A stretch of 64,000 bases of DNA, from positions 160,001 through 224,000 of the forward strand of contig CAXXUA010000003.1 in NCBI GenBank assembly GCA_963663765.2. Reading direction: 5' to 3'. The notes beneath the pieces are model-generated. The model was not told the DNA's origin, searched no databases, and was given only the letters and a program-made list of their open reading frames with translations. Of the stretch, positions 19,764-30,370 are shown piece after piece. The position numbers and the translations under genes are program-made. This DNA comes from Candidatus Poribacteria bacterium (GTDB taxonomy: Bacteria > Poribacteria > WGA-4E > WGA-3G). Positions within the stretch are counted from its first letter, which is position 1; each line of letters opens with the position of its first letter.

Positions 19764-21377
19764 TTATTCTATGAAGCCGCGCAGACGATGACTGCGGATC
19801 GGGTGGCGGAGTTTACGGAGGGCTTTTGCTTCTATTTGACGAATACGTTCACGGGTGACATCAAAGACTACACCGACCTCTTCAAGCGTTTTTGGATAGC
19901 CAGTAGTAATGCACAACGCAGCGATTCTTTTACGCGTCGTTTCAGACAGCAACGGGTTCACAGTATCATCTTCAATACCGAACCGAAGTATAATGACTTC
20001 ACGTTCCCGTTCAGAAAGATCGGCAAGTGCTTCTTGGATACGTTCTTTGAGGATACTCAATTCTGCTTCTGTTGCGGGGGAAAGCACAGTTGCATCTTCA
20101 ATAAAATCACCCAACTGGCTATCATCGTCATCATCTCCGATTGGTGTTTCTAACGATACGGTTTCTGGCACAATACGCAACACTTCCCTTACCTTTTCTG
20201 CTGGAATCGCCATATCTTCAGCAATTTCTTCGGGCGTTGGTTTCCGTCCTAACTCTTGAAGTAACGATCGTTCGGTTCGCCGGAGTTTGTTGATTCTCTC
20301 ATGCATGTGAACAGGAATTCGGATAGTGCGTCCTTGGTCCGCTATAGCACGGGTGATACTCTGGCGTATCCACCAAGTTGCATAAGTGCTAAACTTAAAC
20401 CCGCGCTGATAATCAAACTTGTCAACAGCTCGCATTAACCCGATGTTACCTTCCTGTATCAGGTCGATAAATTCCAGTCCCGGAGCTTGATTCCGATACT
20501 TCTTTGCAATACTAACGACTAATCTGAGATTGGCTTTTACAATAGTGTTTTTTGCATCTTCAGCATTAGCTTCACCGATACAAATCTGCTTGGTAACCGC
20601 TTGGAGTCTGTCACGTGAAATACCAATGACGTTGATATAATGTTTAATTTCTCGCTGGTAACGGACGATAGTAATATAAGCCTCTTTTGCGGCAACATTC
20701 TTGAATTTATGTTTTTTGGGATCAAGTCTGCCGTTGAACCATTCATCGGGAATTTTATGTGTCTTTTGAAGGTGTAAGATTTCTTGTTCCCTATAGCTAA
20801 TTTCACGTTCAACATCCATAACCTGTGCAGATATTTTACTAATCTCTTCACGGTCAATTTTGAGTTGTCCGATCAGTTTAATAAAATTAGCATGATTACC
20901 GACAGTCTCAATTTCCACCAATGCCCCATTGTTGGCAGCCTTCTTCATAGCAGCAAGATATTCTAATTCTATTTTTTCAATAACTTGCATCGCCTTTTCA
21001 ACTTTGTCACGAAGTTTACGTTCTTTATCACGGGTCGAATTGCTGGAAATTACCATATCAATAATATCGGATGCCCGTTTTTTAGCGATGATAATTTTAT
21101 ATAGCAGTTTACGGACTTCTGCGATAGCTAATCTGGTAGTAAAGGTTGCCTCTTGTTCTTGACGTAGTCCCATCTCAATTTGCTGAGATAGTTCAATCTC
21201 TTCACCCTTGTCAAGTAACTGTATTTCCCCCATTTCGCGCAGATATGTCTTTAATATGTCTTCTCTTTCACTGATTTCTCCAGGAGGCAAATCAAGAATA
21301 TCGTCAATTTCGTTGTGCTCCGTATTTTCCGTTTCATTTATTTCTAATGGGCGTGTATTACTGTTACTGAAGTTCAC
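19764..21377 (-). CDS. rpoD: Primary RNA polymerase sigma factor (sigma70)
   Basis: [60 protein letters not shown]...[19 protein letters not shown]; follows dnaG. Confidence 0.93.
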   Translation of the reverse strand: MNFSNSNTRPLEINETENTEHNEIDDILDLPPGEISEREDILKTYLREMGEIQLLDKGEEIELSQQIEMGLRQEQEATFTTRLAIAEVRKLLYKIIIAKKRASDIIDMVISSNSTRDKERKLRDKVEKAMQVIEKIELEYLAAMKKAANNGALVEIETVGNHANFIKLIGQLKIDREEISKISAQVMDVEREISYREQEILHLQKTHKIPDEWFNGRLDPKKHKFKNVAAKEAYITIVRYQREIKHYINVIGISRDRLQAVTKQICIGEANAEDAKNTIVKANLRLVVSIAKKYRNQAPGLEFIDLIQEGNIGLMRAVDKFDYQRGFKFSTYATWWIRQSITRAIADQGRTIRIPVHMHERINKLRRTERSLLQELGRKPTPEEIAEDMAIPAEKVREVLRIVPETVSLETPIGDDDDDSQLGDFIEDATVLSPATEAELSILKERIQEALADLSEREREVIILRFGIEDDTVNPLLSETTRKRIAALCITTGYPKTLEEVGVVFDVTRERIRQIEAKALRKLRHPIRSHRLRGFIE

Positions 21378-21380
21378 CAG

Positions 21381-23246
21381 TTAACTCTCCTTTTTGATGT
21401 CGGCAGTCTTTTCAGAAATGTCCGTTACTTGTTCAGGCTGCAGTTTGTTTTGTTTTTGAACGATGTGCTTTTCTTGTGCAAACGCACGTCTTTGATTAGA
21501 TAGTTCTACAAGTTGCTGAAGGGTGTCAAAATCACCACCGTCTTCTGTTTGTGCTTTTGTTCGGATACGGTGTTCAATGTCACGGACAATATAACATTTC
21601 AGTTCTCTTATACAACCAGCAATTCTTGCGCTTGGGTTTGGAATGTTTTTCTTACGAATAAGTGCATTAGATATAATACTTTTTTGTGTGTCATCATCAC
21701 ACGTGTTAAGAATATGTTGTATTTCAATAGTATCTTCGGTTTCACTTACATTCCAAAGGATTTTTCCTATTTCTGCCAGATGAGGATTTGTAATATCTTG
21801 GTAATGAAATTTTGATTTCAATGTTGAAAGATGTTCTGGAAATTGGATGATTGTTTGGATAAGCTGCAATTCAATTTTTTCACGTGCTGACAGCTTCCTT
21901 GTTGTTGTTTGCCTTGAACCTTGATTAGATGTTACAGTCTCTTTCAAACCTAATTCGCGTAGTTCTCGCAAGAGTAACGCTTCGTCCACGTCCAATTCTC
22001 TAATAGTATATTTCACATATTCGGATCTTTCAAAGCGGTCTTGAATATTCACAAGTATCGCAGCAATATCTTTGATCACTTTCGCTTTGACATCAGGTTG
22101 CCGGATATTATCTGTCTGAATCGCGGATTGGATCTGAAATTCAATCAGGTTTATTGCTTTCTTTACCAGTTCATCAAAAGCATCAGCACCGTTTTCCTTG
22201 ACAAAAGAATCTGGGTCATCGCCTTTCGGAACCAAAGCAATACGCACACGGAGTCCTTCTCCAATGAGTTTATGTAATCCACGTTGCGCAGCTTGGATAC
22301 CAGAAGCATCACCATCAAATACAATCACAACTTCAGGTGTATACCGTTTCAGGAGTGCCGCGTGTTCTTCACTGAGAGATGTACCAGACGAAGCAACCAC
22401 GTTTTCAATCCCGTGCTGATGGAGCATCATAACATCCATATAACCTTCTACAAGCAGGACAAACCGTTTTCTGGAAATAGATTGTTTCGCTTTGTCAAGA
22501 TTGAAAAGGATTCTGCTCTTGTTATATAGGATTGTCCCAGGAGAATTCAGGTATTTTGGCTGATGTGTATCAGAAAGTGAACGTCCACCAAAACCAACAG
22601 GCACACCTCTTTCATTGTAAATTGGAAACAAAATTCTATTCCAAAATCGATCTTGTGGACCATACTCCTCATTCCTAATTAAACCTACATCAACTAACTG
22701 CTGTATTGACCATCCTTCATGCGTTGCAGCCTTGACTAAATCCTTGCGTTGTGATTTTGCATAACCAAGTTGGAACAAATGTGTGGTTTGTGAAAGCAGC
22801 CCTCTATCTATCAGATATTCTCTTGCATGCTGGCTGTGCTGACCCGTGCGCAGAAGTTCGTGATAATACTTCACCGCAAACCTGTTAAGTTCACTCAGGT
22901 CATTCATTAGTTTTTGGCGTGCAGTGGATTTAGGGTCCCTTGTTGGCAACGGTATATTTGCACGTTCAGCAAGCCATTCTATCGCTTCTAAAAAGGTTTT
23001 GCCCTCATGTTTTTGCAGAAAACTGATGACGTTGCCACCTGTATTACATCCAAAACAGTTGAATATCTGTTTTTCTGCCAACACAGAAAAAGAAGGTGTT
23101 TTTTCCTGATGAAACGGACAGAGTGCTTTGAAGTTCGACCCAACTTGTGTCAAAGAAACACCGCATTCGGTTATTACTTCGGCAATATCATTCCGATTCT
23201 GAATTTCGTCAATAGTTTCTGGTGGAATATAGTTTTTTGATGCCAT
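21381..23246 (-). CDS. dnaG: DNA primase
   Basis: CPFHQEKTPSF...CFGC zinc finger, GFGGR, PKYLNSP, VEGYMDV, FDGDASG, DPDSF. Confidence 0.97.
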   Translation of the reverse strand: MASKNYIPPETIDEIQNRNDIAEVITECGVSLTQVGSNFKALCPFHQEKTPSFSVLAEKQIFNCFGCNTGGNVISFLQKHEGKTFLEAIEWLAERANIPLPTRDPKSTARQKLMNDLSELNRFAVKYYHELLRTGQHSQHAREYLIDRGLLSQTTHLFQLGYAKSQRKDLVKAATHEGWSIQQLVDVGLIRNEEYGPQDRFWNRILFPIYNERGVPVGFGGRSLSDTHQPKYLNSPGTILYNKSRILFNLDKAKQSISRKRFVLLVEGYMDVMMLHQHGIENVVASSGTSLSEEHAALLKRYTPEVVIVFDGDASGIQAAQRGLHKLIGEGLRVRIALVPKGDDPDSFVKENGADAFDELVKKAINLIEFQIQSAIQTDNIRQPDVKAKVIKDIAAILVNIQDRFERSEYVKYTIRELDVDEALLLRELRELGLKETVTSNQGSRQTTTRKLSAREKIELQLIQTIIQFPEHLSTLKSKFHYQDITNPHLAEIGKILWNVSETEDTIEIQHILNTCDDDTQKSIISNALIRKKNIPNPSARIAGCIRELKCYIVRDIEHRIRTKAQTEDGGDFDTLQQLVELSNQRRAFAQEKHIVQKQNKLQPEQVTDISEKTADIKKES

Positions 23247-23329
23247 AAGAAAACCTCAAAATTGAGATGCAAATTGTAGAACCAATTATTATTAACGTCT
23301 ATCATTCAAGATATACTTCAACTAAAACG

Positions 23330-25762
23330 TCATTCTTTGAATTTAACAACCGTTACACCTTCTCCACCTTCAGCATACGATGCGTATTGATAATTCGCTA
23401 CATGCGGATTGTCGTCTAATAACTTGTGAACCGCACTGCGCATTGCACCAGAACCTTTCCCATGTGTGATTCGGACAGTTAACAAACCAGCAAGGTACGC
23501 ATCATCCAAATATTTATCGGTAAGTTTTATCCCATCTTCTACCAACAAGCCACGAAGCATGATTTCTTCTTTGATTGTATTCGCTTTGTTATGTTGAATA
23601 TCAAGGACAGACGTTGAGAGCTTACCAGAGCCTTCTTTCGGCAGGACAGAATCTATATCGTCATAAGTCAGATGCATCTGCATATTGCCGACACGAACGT
23701 GTAACGGGGCACTGCTTTGCTTGGTAATCGCGGTGACCTCTGCAAACCGATTCAGTTGCTTTATGTGGACTTTGTCGCCAATCTTGACGTTGCGTATGAT
23801 TTTCTTAGGTTGTTTTTTGGGTGGGTCAGGTTTGAGTTGTTCTTTGACTTTTTCTATTTTTTCGTAAGCATCTCGGATGCTTATTTTTGTAGCTTGTTCT
23901 TGGCGTATATCAGTAACTACGTTGTCGACCGTTTTTCTTGCTGTAGAGATTATTTCATACGCCTGTTTTTCTGCATTCTGTCGTAGTGTTTTTTCTGCCG
24001 TTTCAAAAGTGTCAAGTAGTGCTTTATATTTTTGATACTCTGTCTCAGCGTGGTTGATTTTTTCCTGAAGTATTTCCTGTTCAGTATCCAATTCGGCTTG
24101 CGTTTTTTGCAGTTTTATTAGCAAATCGTCAATAGCAACGTTGTTACTCCCTAAATGCGTTTCAGCATCGGTGAGGATCTGTTTCGGAAGTCCGAGTTGT
24201 TCAGCGATTTTGATTGCGTTACTACTTCCCGGCACGCCTATCTGTAATCTGTATGTTGGACGTTGTGTGCTCCAATCAAATTCCATTGAGGCGTTTTCCA
24301 TGTGGTCATGTGTATGTGTGTATGCCTTCAATGCTCCGCAATGTGTTGTAACGATGGTTCTGGCTTTCCGCGTGCTTAACCATGTTAAGATTGCAATACC
24401 GAGTGCTGTACCTTCAGCAGGATCAGTTCCCGCACCGATTTCATCTAATAGAACAAGCGAGTATGCTGATTCAGAATTCTTAATTGCCTTCAACATTTCA
24501 GCAATTTTTGTGATGTGTGAGGAAAATGTACTGAGACTCTGCTCAATGTTCTGGTCGTCACCAATATCAGCAAAGATTTGATCAAAAATAGGTAGTTGGC
24601 TCCCTTTTGCTGCGGGAATGTGCAAGCCGGATTGTGCCATAAGACATAACAAACCGAGAGTCTTTAAAACAACCGTTTTTCCACCGGTGTTTGGTCCTGT
24701 GATAACAAGCGTATTGAAATCCTCTCCAACATGAACATCAGTAGGAATGACTTTTGTCGGTTGTGTTGTCTTGTCAAGTTTCTGTGTGTCCTGTTTTTTG
24801 GATTGCAGGTCAGCGCGCGTATGGAATTCAAGCAAAGGATGTCGCGCGTCAACGAGGTTAACGATTCCACCCATATTTATTTTAGGTTCAACAGCATCTA
24901 AATCTAAACTGAAACGCGCTTTTGCACTCATAAAGTCAAGTTCCGCTAACATATCAAGCACAAGCTCAAGATCAGCAAGTCGTTCACGGAGTTCGTCAGA
25001 CAATTGCAGGAGAATCCTGCGTATTTCGTCCTGTTCTGCTTCAGCAGCTGAGTGGAGTGTGTTGTTCATCTCAACGACTGCCAAAGGTTCCATAAAATAT
25101 GTAGCACCACTGGTAGATTTCCCCTGAACGACACCGCGGAAAAATGATTTGGCATCTTGTTTAATCGGGATCACATACCGGTTGTTTCGTGAGGTAATAA
25201 CTGACTCTTGGATGGATTTTTGATGGTCGGAAGAACGGAGGATCGCTTCTAATTTCTCGTGAATGTCGTTACGGATTTTTTGGAGTTTGCGCCGAATAGA
25301 ACGCAACTCAGCACTGGCACTGTCAAGAACAACGCCTTCAGGACTGATACAATAGAATATTGATTCAACAAGGTCATCAAAAACAGGCAAGGAGTCTATA
25401 ATCCTTAACAAACGAGGAAACTGATCACGACTCTGACCTTTGAATTTCTTTTTAATGGCAGACGATAGTTTTGCTACCTTCGCAACATTTAACAAATCTT
25501 CAGGAGATAAGATCGCATGTAATTTAGAAACTTGGCGCAGGATATTAGTAATGTCCGTTAATCCATCTAAAGGTATTTCACCAAACTTCTGATAGAAGGT
25601 TTTCGTCTCGGAACATAACTTCAAGAGATGATAAACCGTATCGGGTGTATTGAAAGGCACAAGTTTATCAACCCGTGCATCTCCTAATTCAGATGCGGTA
25701 TACCTTTTCAAGAATATCTTGAGTTTATCGTATTCTAAGGCTTTTTCTACGCCGGGTAGCAT
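23330..25762 (-). CDS. mutS2: MutS2 (ATPase + KOW + Smr)
   Basis: ITGPNTGGKT, DIGDDQNIEQSLSTFSSH, LDEIGAGTDP, GVPGSSNA, Smr HGKGSG. Confidence 0.96.
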   Translation of the reverse strand: MLPGVEKALEYDKLKIFLKRYTASELGDARVDKLVPFNTPDTVYHLLKLCSETKTFYQKFGEIPLDGLTDITNILRQVSKLHAILSPEDLLNVAKVAKLSSAIKKKFKGQSRDQFPRLLRIIDSLPVFDDLVESIFYCISPEGVVLDSASAELRSIRRKLQKIRNDIHEKLEAILRSSDHQKSIQESVITSRNNRYVIPIKQDAKSFFRGVVQGKSTSGATYFMEPLAVVEMNNTLHSAAEAEQDEIRRILLQLSDELRERLADLELVLDMLAELDFMSAKARFSLDLDAVEPKINMGGIVNLVDARHPLLEFHTRADLQSKKQDTQKLDKTTQPTKVIPTDVHVGEDFNTLVITGPNTGGKTVVLKTLGLLCLMAQSGLHIPAAKGSQLPIFDQIFADIGDDQNIEQSLSTFSSHITKIAEMLKAIKNSESAYSLVLLDEIGAGTDPAEGTALGIAILTWLSTRKARTIVTTHCGALKAYTHTHDHMENASMEFDWSTQRPTYRLQIGVPGSSNAIKIAEQLGLPKQILTDAETHLGSNNVAIDDLLIKLQKTQAELDTEQEILQEKINHAETEYQKYKALLDTFETAEKTLRQNAEKQAYEIISTARKTVDNVVTDIRQEQATKISIRDAYEKIEKVKEQLKPDPPKKQPKKIIRNVKIGDKVHIKQLNRFAEVTAITKQSSAPLHVRVGNMQMHLTYDDIDSVLPKEGSGKLSTSVLDIQHNKANTIKEEIMLRGLLVEDGIKLTDKYLDDAYLAGLLTVRITHGKGSGAMRSAVHKLLDDNPHVANYQYASYAEGGEGVTVVKFKE

Positions 25763-25849
25763 GGTTCTAACCTATGTGATGTGATATTATGCGACTTCTA
25801 TGTGTTGATGTAGCATTCTTCCGTAGGTCGGGTAGAGTTTACGATACCC

Positions 25850-26027
25850 TATAGGTGTCAACTTAAGGATATTAACCTCTTGTGGGAGGGGTTTTCAACC
25901 CCGACAGAAGCCAAACGCGCTTCTGACGTTGATTTGGATTTATTAGTGCATTTCCGCTCAAATCGGGGTTAAAAACCCCTCCCACAAGAGAAAATGCAAA
26001 CAATATTTTCTTAAGTTGACACCTATA
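25850..26027. mobile_element. 178-bp MITE with 18-bp TIRs, REP-doublet cargo and 19-bp target duplication
   Basis: tataggtgtcaacttaag / cttaagttgacacctata; flanked by ggtagagtttac(g/a)ataccc; internal tgtgggaggggttttcaaccccga and its inverse. Confidence 0.85.
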
Positions 26028-26153
26028 GGTAGAGTTTACAATACCCTATCCACAATTAAATTCGGAATTCACGCTAAAATGTATTTGGTATGTGACAGGT
26101 ACTAAACAGAAGGAATTATAAAAACAGTGTTAACAGAAAACGTGTGAAAAATA

Positions 26154-27158
26154 TTATCTCAATTTGCGTTTGACAACCCCCCATGTTGTTGCTAACTTCC
26201 GTTGCGGTTCAACCGGAAGCGGTTCATCCCGCCACCAAGAGATAGTAAATATGCCTCCATCCACTTCAAACAAAGACCTTGTCTTTTCTTCTTCAAGGTC
26301 ATACAGATAGAAAACACCCCACCGAGAATAGATAATAGATTGCGAATCATCCGACCAATCTGACCACATGCTGGTATTCTTATCTACATCAAAGAGGGCT
26401 GCAATTTGCCTTGTTTCTACATCAATCGTGTATAAGGTGTCAAATTCTCTATTCCACCTTTTGAATAAAATCTTCTGTCCATCGGGTGACCAAACAGGAT
26501 AATAGTCTATATTAAATTCAGTAAGTACTTCTACTTCCTTCGTTTCCGTATCTAAGAGATAGAGTTGTTCTAACCCCCCTGATCGTTCAAGAGAAAACAC
26601 AAGCCTTCTACTGTCTGGTCCCCATGAGATTCCATAAAAGAAAAAAGTTCTACCAAAATGGGGTATTGAAGTAACTGTTTCCATTTCACCCGTCTTTAGG
26701 TCCATAATCCAAATTTGGTTTTCTTGTTGTTGCTGTTCACTTGTATATCCATTAAAAGCGAGTTTTTTTCCATTCGGAGAAACGGAGAGGAAACGGTAAG
26801 TACCGCCAACCTCTGTCAATCGTGTCTTTTGTCTCGGTTTATTTACATCAATAGAAAATATGTGGAATTCAGTGTCTACACGTTGAACAAAGTAGAGAGT
26901 GTCTTCCTCCGGCGACCATGTTGCATACAAGCCTGTTTGATTCAATGGTAGAGTTGTATAGTCATCATCGCCTTTGAAAGTCGTCATGTAGAGGTTATAA
27001 GCTAATCTCCCTTCCCTTTCATTAAATCCTGACACTGCATAAGCTATCCGTCCCGAGAGCTCAGCCTCTACTCCAACAGGTAAACAGAGAAAAACATACA
27101 TGAACACCAACAGGAGTAATTTTATTTTTTTCGCAACATGAAAACACGCAAGACGCAT
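26154..27158 (-). CDS. TolB-like (PD40) beta-propeller protein with Poribacteria-type C-terminal motif
   Basis: Signal peptide, repeated WSPDG-type motifs, C-terminal PVEPQRKLATTWGVVKRK; GAGGA RBS before ATG 27158. Confidence 0.8.
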   Translation of the reverse strand: MRLACFHVAKKIKLLLLVFMYVFLCLPVGVEAELSGRIAYAVSGFNEREGRLAYNLYMTTFKGDDDYTTLPLNQTGLYATWSPEEDTLYFVQRVDTEFHIFSIDVNKPRQKTRLTEVGGTYRFLSVSPNGKKLAFNGYTSEQQQQENQIWIMDLKTGEMETVTSIPHFGRTFFFYGISWGPDSRRLVFSLERSGGLEQLYLLDTETKEVEVLTEFNIDYYPVWSPDGQKILFKRWNREFDTLYTIDVETRQIAALFDVDKNTSMWSDWSDDSQSIIYSRWGVFYLYDLEEEKTRSLFEVDGGIFTISWWRDEPLPVEPQRKLATTWGVVKRKLR

Positions 27159-27159
27159 A

Positions 27160-28299
27160 TCATTCCTCATTAATTGTAAGACGATCATAGTTGAGAAGGG
27201 CGTGATCGTAAAGGTCTTTGCTTAATCCAAACTTATCAAAATCTATCGCTCGGTCATATCCGCTGAGTGCAGCACTCTGATACCCAGATTTCTCCGAATT
27301 TCTGGCATTTCTGACATTGCCAATAAAAATGGTTGCTTGATCTTCGAAGGTACGGATTCGTTTTCGCACTTCCGCTAACAACCCACCCGAAATATCTTTG
27401 TCTACCTTATATTTACGAATGACATCTGTATACGCAACAAATGCTTCAAAAAAAAGTTCTTCCGCTTCCAATCGGTTCGCTGCAGTAAGGTCAATAGGTT
27501 CCTCAATAACGGTGATAACTTCATTGGCTTCTTTTATCAGTTCAATACTTTTCTGCTGTAATCCTTTTTGAATAGTTAACTCAAAATCATCAATAATGTC
27601 CTTATATGTTGTTTTCGCATCTTCTACTGATTTGATCTCTTCATAACAGAGTGCTTGATTATATTTTGCGTTTGCAATTACATAACGGCGTATCTCTGGC
27701 GCAAGATTGGCTGTCGTTGGAAATGATTGCGCATCATACTCGGTAATCGCTTTTTCGTAGTCACCTTCCTGTTCGTAACAGTTGCCTATTGCTTTCTGTG
27801 CATAGAGTGCGTAAATCTGATTTTCAGGTTTATGCGTCTTAATGACTTGTTCAAATTCCGCGCGAGCCTCAGCATACTTTCCTTGATAGTAGAGTGTTTT
27901 TGCGTAATCAAATTTGGCTTTATCACCTAATGCGGTGTTCGCATACTTTTCAGAAAATGCCTTTAGATTTTCTTCTGCATCTTGGAAAGTTGTTTTTTCA
28001 GTTTCCGCATCATCCCCGTTGTCATCTTCATCCTCAGTAGGTGTGACTAATTCTAAGTAGTTCTTTTCAGCTTCCTTATATATTTCTGAAACTCCAGCAT
28101 AGTTTGCAGACGCTTCCACATGCCTTTTTTCCTTATTTTGTGAATAAGCGATATACGCAAACACACCGACAATGACAACTGCCAGCACAATGATGATCGT
28201 TTTGACATTATCCTTCAAAAATGCATAACATTTCAGAACAAAGTCAATAAATTTATCTTCTTGTATTTCTTCTTTTGTTAATCGTTTATTTTGTGACAT
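27160..28299 (-). CDS. Membrane-anchored TPR protein (YfgM-like N-terminus)
   Basis: KRLTKEEIQEDKF + TM helix, then TPR motifs (YYQGKYAEARAEFEQV, IGNCYEQEGDYEKAI). Confidence 0.75.
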   Translation of the reverse strand: MSQNKRLTKEEIQEDKFIDFVLKCYAFLKDNVKTIIIVLAVVIVGVFAYIAYSQNKEKRHVEASANYAGVSEIYKEAEKNYLELVTPTEDEDDNGDDAETEKTTFQDAEENLKAFSEKYANTALGDKAKFDYAKTLYYQGKYAEARAEFEQVIKTHKPENQIYALYAQKAIGNCYEQEGDYEKAITEYDAQSFPTTANLAPEIRRYVIANAKYNQALCYEEIKSVEDAKTTYKDIIDDFELTIQKGLQQKSIELIKEANEVITVIEEPIDLTAANRLEAEELFFEAFVAYTDVIRKYKVDKDISGGLLAEVRKRIRTFEDQATIFIGNVRNARNSEKSGYQSAALSGYDRAIDFDKFGLSKDLYDHALLNYDRLTINEE

Positions 28300-28328
28300 G
28301 GTTTCCCCAGAATTGTGTTAACATTACA

Positions 28329-28400
28329 AGCGGGTGACGGGAATTGAACCCGCGACCCTCAGCTTGGGAAGCTGACGCTCTACCGCTGAGCTACACCCGC
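28329..28400 (-). tRNA. tRNA-Gly (CCC)
   Basis: GCGGGTGTAGCTCAGCGGTAGAGCGTCAGCTTCCCAAGCTGAGGGTCGCGGGTTCAATTCCCGTCACCCGCT folds as a cloverleaf; CCA not encoded. Confidence 0.97.
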
Positions 28401-28415
28401 GCCCTTCCTTATAGA

Positions 28416-28444
28416 ATTATATCATATCTCGTTGAGGTTGTCAA
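28416..28444 (-). promoter_or_regulatory. Consensus sigma70 promoter for tRNA-Gly
   Basis: Minus strand TTGACA-17 nt-TATAAT ending 15 nt upstream of the tRNA. Confidence 0.8.
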
Positions 28445-28498
28445 GAATAAGATACGATTTTGCAAAGGTCATCATTTTCATAACTTCAAACGCGAGCA

Positions 28499-28535
28499 AA
28501 TAAAACAAAAGGCAGGTAATGCGATCACCCGCCTT
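28499..28535 (-). terminator. Rho-independent terminator of peroxiredoxin gene
   Basis: Minus strand AAGGCGGGTGATCGCATTACCTGCCTT followed by TTGTTTTATT. Confidence 0.7.
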
Positions 28536-28560
28536 CGTTAAATCAATATACAAAATCTGC

Positions 28561-29025
28561 TTATAGCTTATCAAGTTCACTCAAGACCTGTTCAGCAGTC
28601 AACGTATTGTCTGGTGGTGCATCTTCAACGTGTTTGAATGCGATTTTGCCAGCACCGTCAACAATGAAAACACCCCGTGTCGTAATGCCGACCTCTTCCA
28701 ATGCCATGCCATACTGTTTTGAAACTTCAAGGTTCATATCTGAGAGGAGTGGAAAATCGACACCACCAAGAGACTCACTCCACGCTTTGTGTGCAAAAGC
28801 TGAATCGCGATTAATCGCAATCACATCCGCACCTTTTGCACGGATAGCATCTAAGTTTTCATTAAAATCTGGTACTTGTTCGGAACAGACCGGTGAAAAA
28901 TCTAATGGATAGAAAAGTAAAACCAACTTTTTGCCTTTAAAGTCAGACAATGAAACTTCTGTGTCATCCTGATTTGTTGAACCTGTTAAACTAAAATCTG
29001 GAGCAGCATTTCCTACTTCTGCCAT
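28561..29025 (-). CDS. Peroxiredoxin (AhpC/TSA, AhpE-like)
   Basis: APDFSL, FYPLDFSPVC peroxidatic motif, FPLLSD, RGVFIVD; AGGAGG RBS before ATG 29025. Confidence 0.9.
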   Translation of the reverse strand: MAEVGNAAPDFSLTGSTNQDDTEVSLSDFKGKKLVLLFYPLDFSPVCSEQVPDFNENLDAIRAKGADVIAINRDSAFAHKAWSESLGGVDFPLLSDMNLEVSKQYGMALEEVGITTRGVFIVDGAGKIAFKHVEDAPPDNTLTAEQVLSELDKL

Positions 29026-29619
29026 TAAATACCTCCTATCGTAACTTGTAAAAAGTAACATGTAAAAAATAATAAAATATCCTTATAAAATAATACCATA
29101 TATCTGTGAGAAAACCAAATTAAACTGAATGAATATAAGGTCAGAGGTATTCAATTGTCACGAAGCATCTTTGTTGAAGGACATTTCAACAATAGAATCC
29201 CAATAGATTATACATGATTTCTATTGTTCTCAAAACAGTAAAACACTACAAACTCACACCACCATAAGGTATAATATAACCCATACTCACAAATGAAATC
29301 CAAACTTTTGGTCTAATACAAACAAGTCACACCAAAATCACAGGCAGACAAATTAAAGAACAAATATGCAGCTGACAAGTCCAAAACAGATACAAAAATA
29401 CACGACAAAAAAACGACAAAAAAACCCATTTAGTTGTTTTTTTCAAAATTTCGCAAATTTATAATACCCTCATAATCCCATACCACGACACGATCGATAA
29501 CACTTATGAAAAAAATGCAAGAAACACGAAAAAAACAACTAAAAATTTCCACGATGAGGACAAGATACACAAATTGGAGACATTCAATTGTCGATTAATC
29601 ATACACGTTAACAATATAA

Positions 29620-29952
29620 CGACTTGTGCCAGTTAACTAAATGTTTATACTAAATTCACATATATTGGGTATGGTATATAAACATTTCGTCCCATAGGCG
29701 TCAATTTAAGGATTTTCACCTCTTGTGGGAGGGGTTTTCAACCCCGATTTTTTAGTGCATTTCCGCTCAAATCGGGGTTGAAAACCCCTCCCACAAGAAA
29801 AATGACAACAATATTTTCTTAAATTGACGCCAATGGGTATATAAACATTTCGTCCCCACGGGACTAAAGATCATGCAAAGCAAAAGAAGGACGGTTAAAT
29901 CCTCTTGTCTATGTGAAGTAATATTTAATAAATAGTTATTTAGCACAAGTCG
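29620..29952. mobile_element. GACTTGTGC-family MITE, itself interrupted by 29693-29835
   Basis: cgacttgtgccagttaacta / tagttatttagcacaagtcg; homologous to 13239-13463. Confidence 0.7.
29693..29835. mobile_element. 143-bp MITE (same family as 25850-26027) with perfect 20-bp target duplication
   Basis: cataggcgtcaatttaag / cttaaattgacgccaatg; ggtatataaacatttcgtcc on both sides. Confidence 0.85.
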
Positions 29953-30071
29953 CTACTTTCAGGCAATTGGTAATTTTTTCTGTACACGAATCTTGTCTAT
30001 GACTGGGTTTTTCCGAAGATAAAATTACCAATTTTACCAATTAGTAACTTAACGTAAATTGAGCAATATCC

Positions 30072-30370
30072 TGATTTGTGCCAGTTAACTAAATGGTTCT
30101 TTCGGCAATTAATTTTAGCATAAAATAAAAGTCCAATGCTGAAGAACCCAGTAGTCATCTGTTTAAGTAGTAGATCGTCAATGGAAACATATAATAAATA
30201 CTTATCAAGAAAACCACTAAATATTTATACTAAATTTACATATGTTGGGTATGATATATAAACATTTCGTCCCTACAGGACTGAAGATCGTTTCAACCTA
30301 TGAGGGACACCTGCAAAACGTTATGCTTATGTGAAACAATGGTTTACATAAAGTCATTTAGCACAACTCG
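30072..30370. mobile_element. GACTTGTGC-family MITE (third copy)
   Basis: gatttgtgccagttaacta ... cgtccctacaggactgaagatcgtttcaa ... tagcacaactcg, near-identical in part to 13355-13463. Confidence 0.65.
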
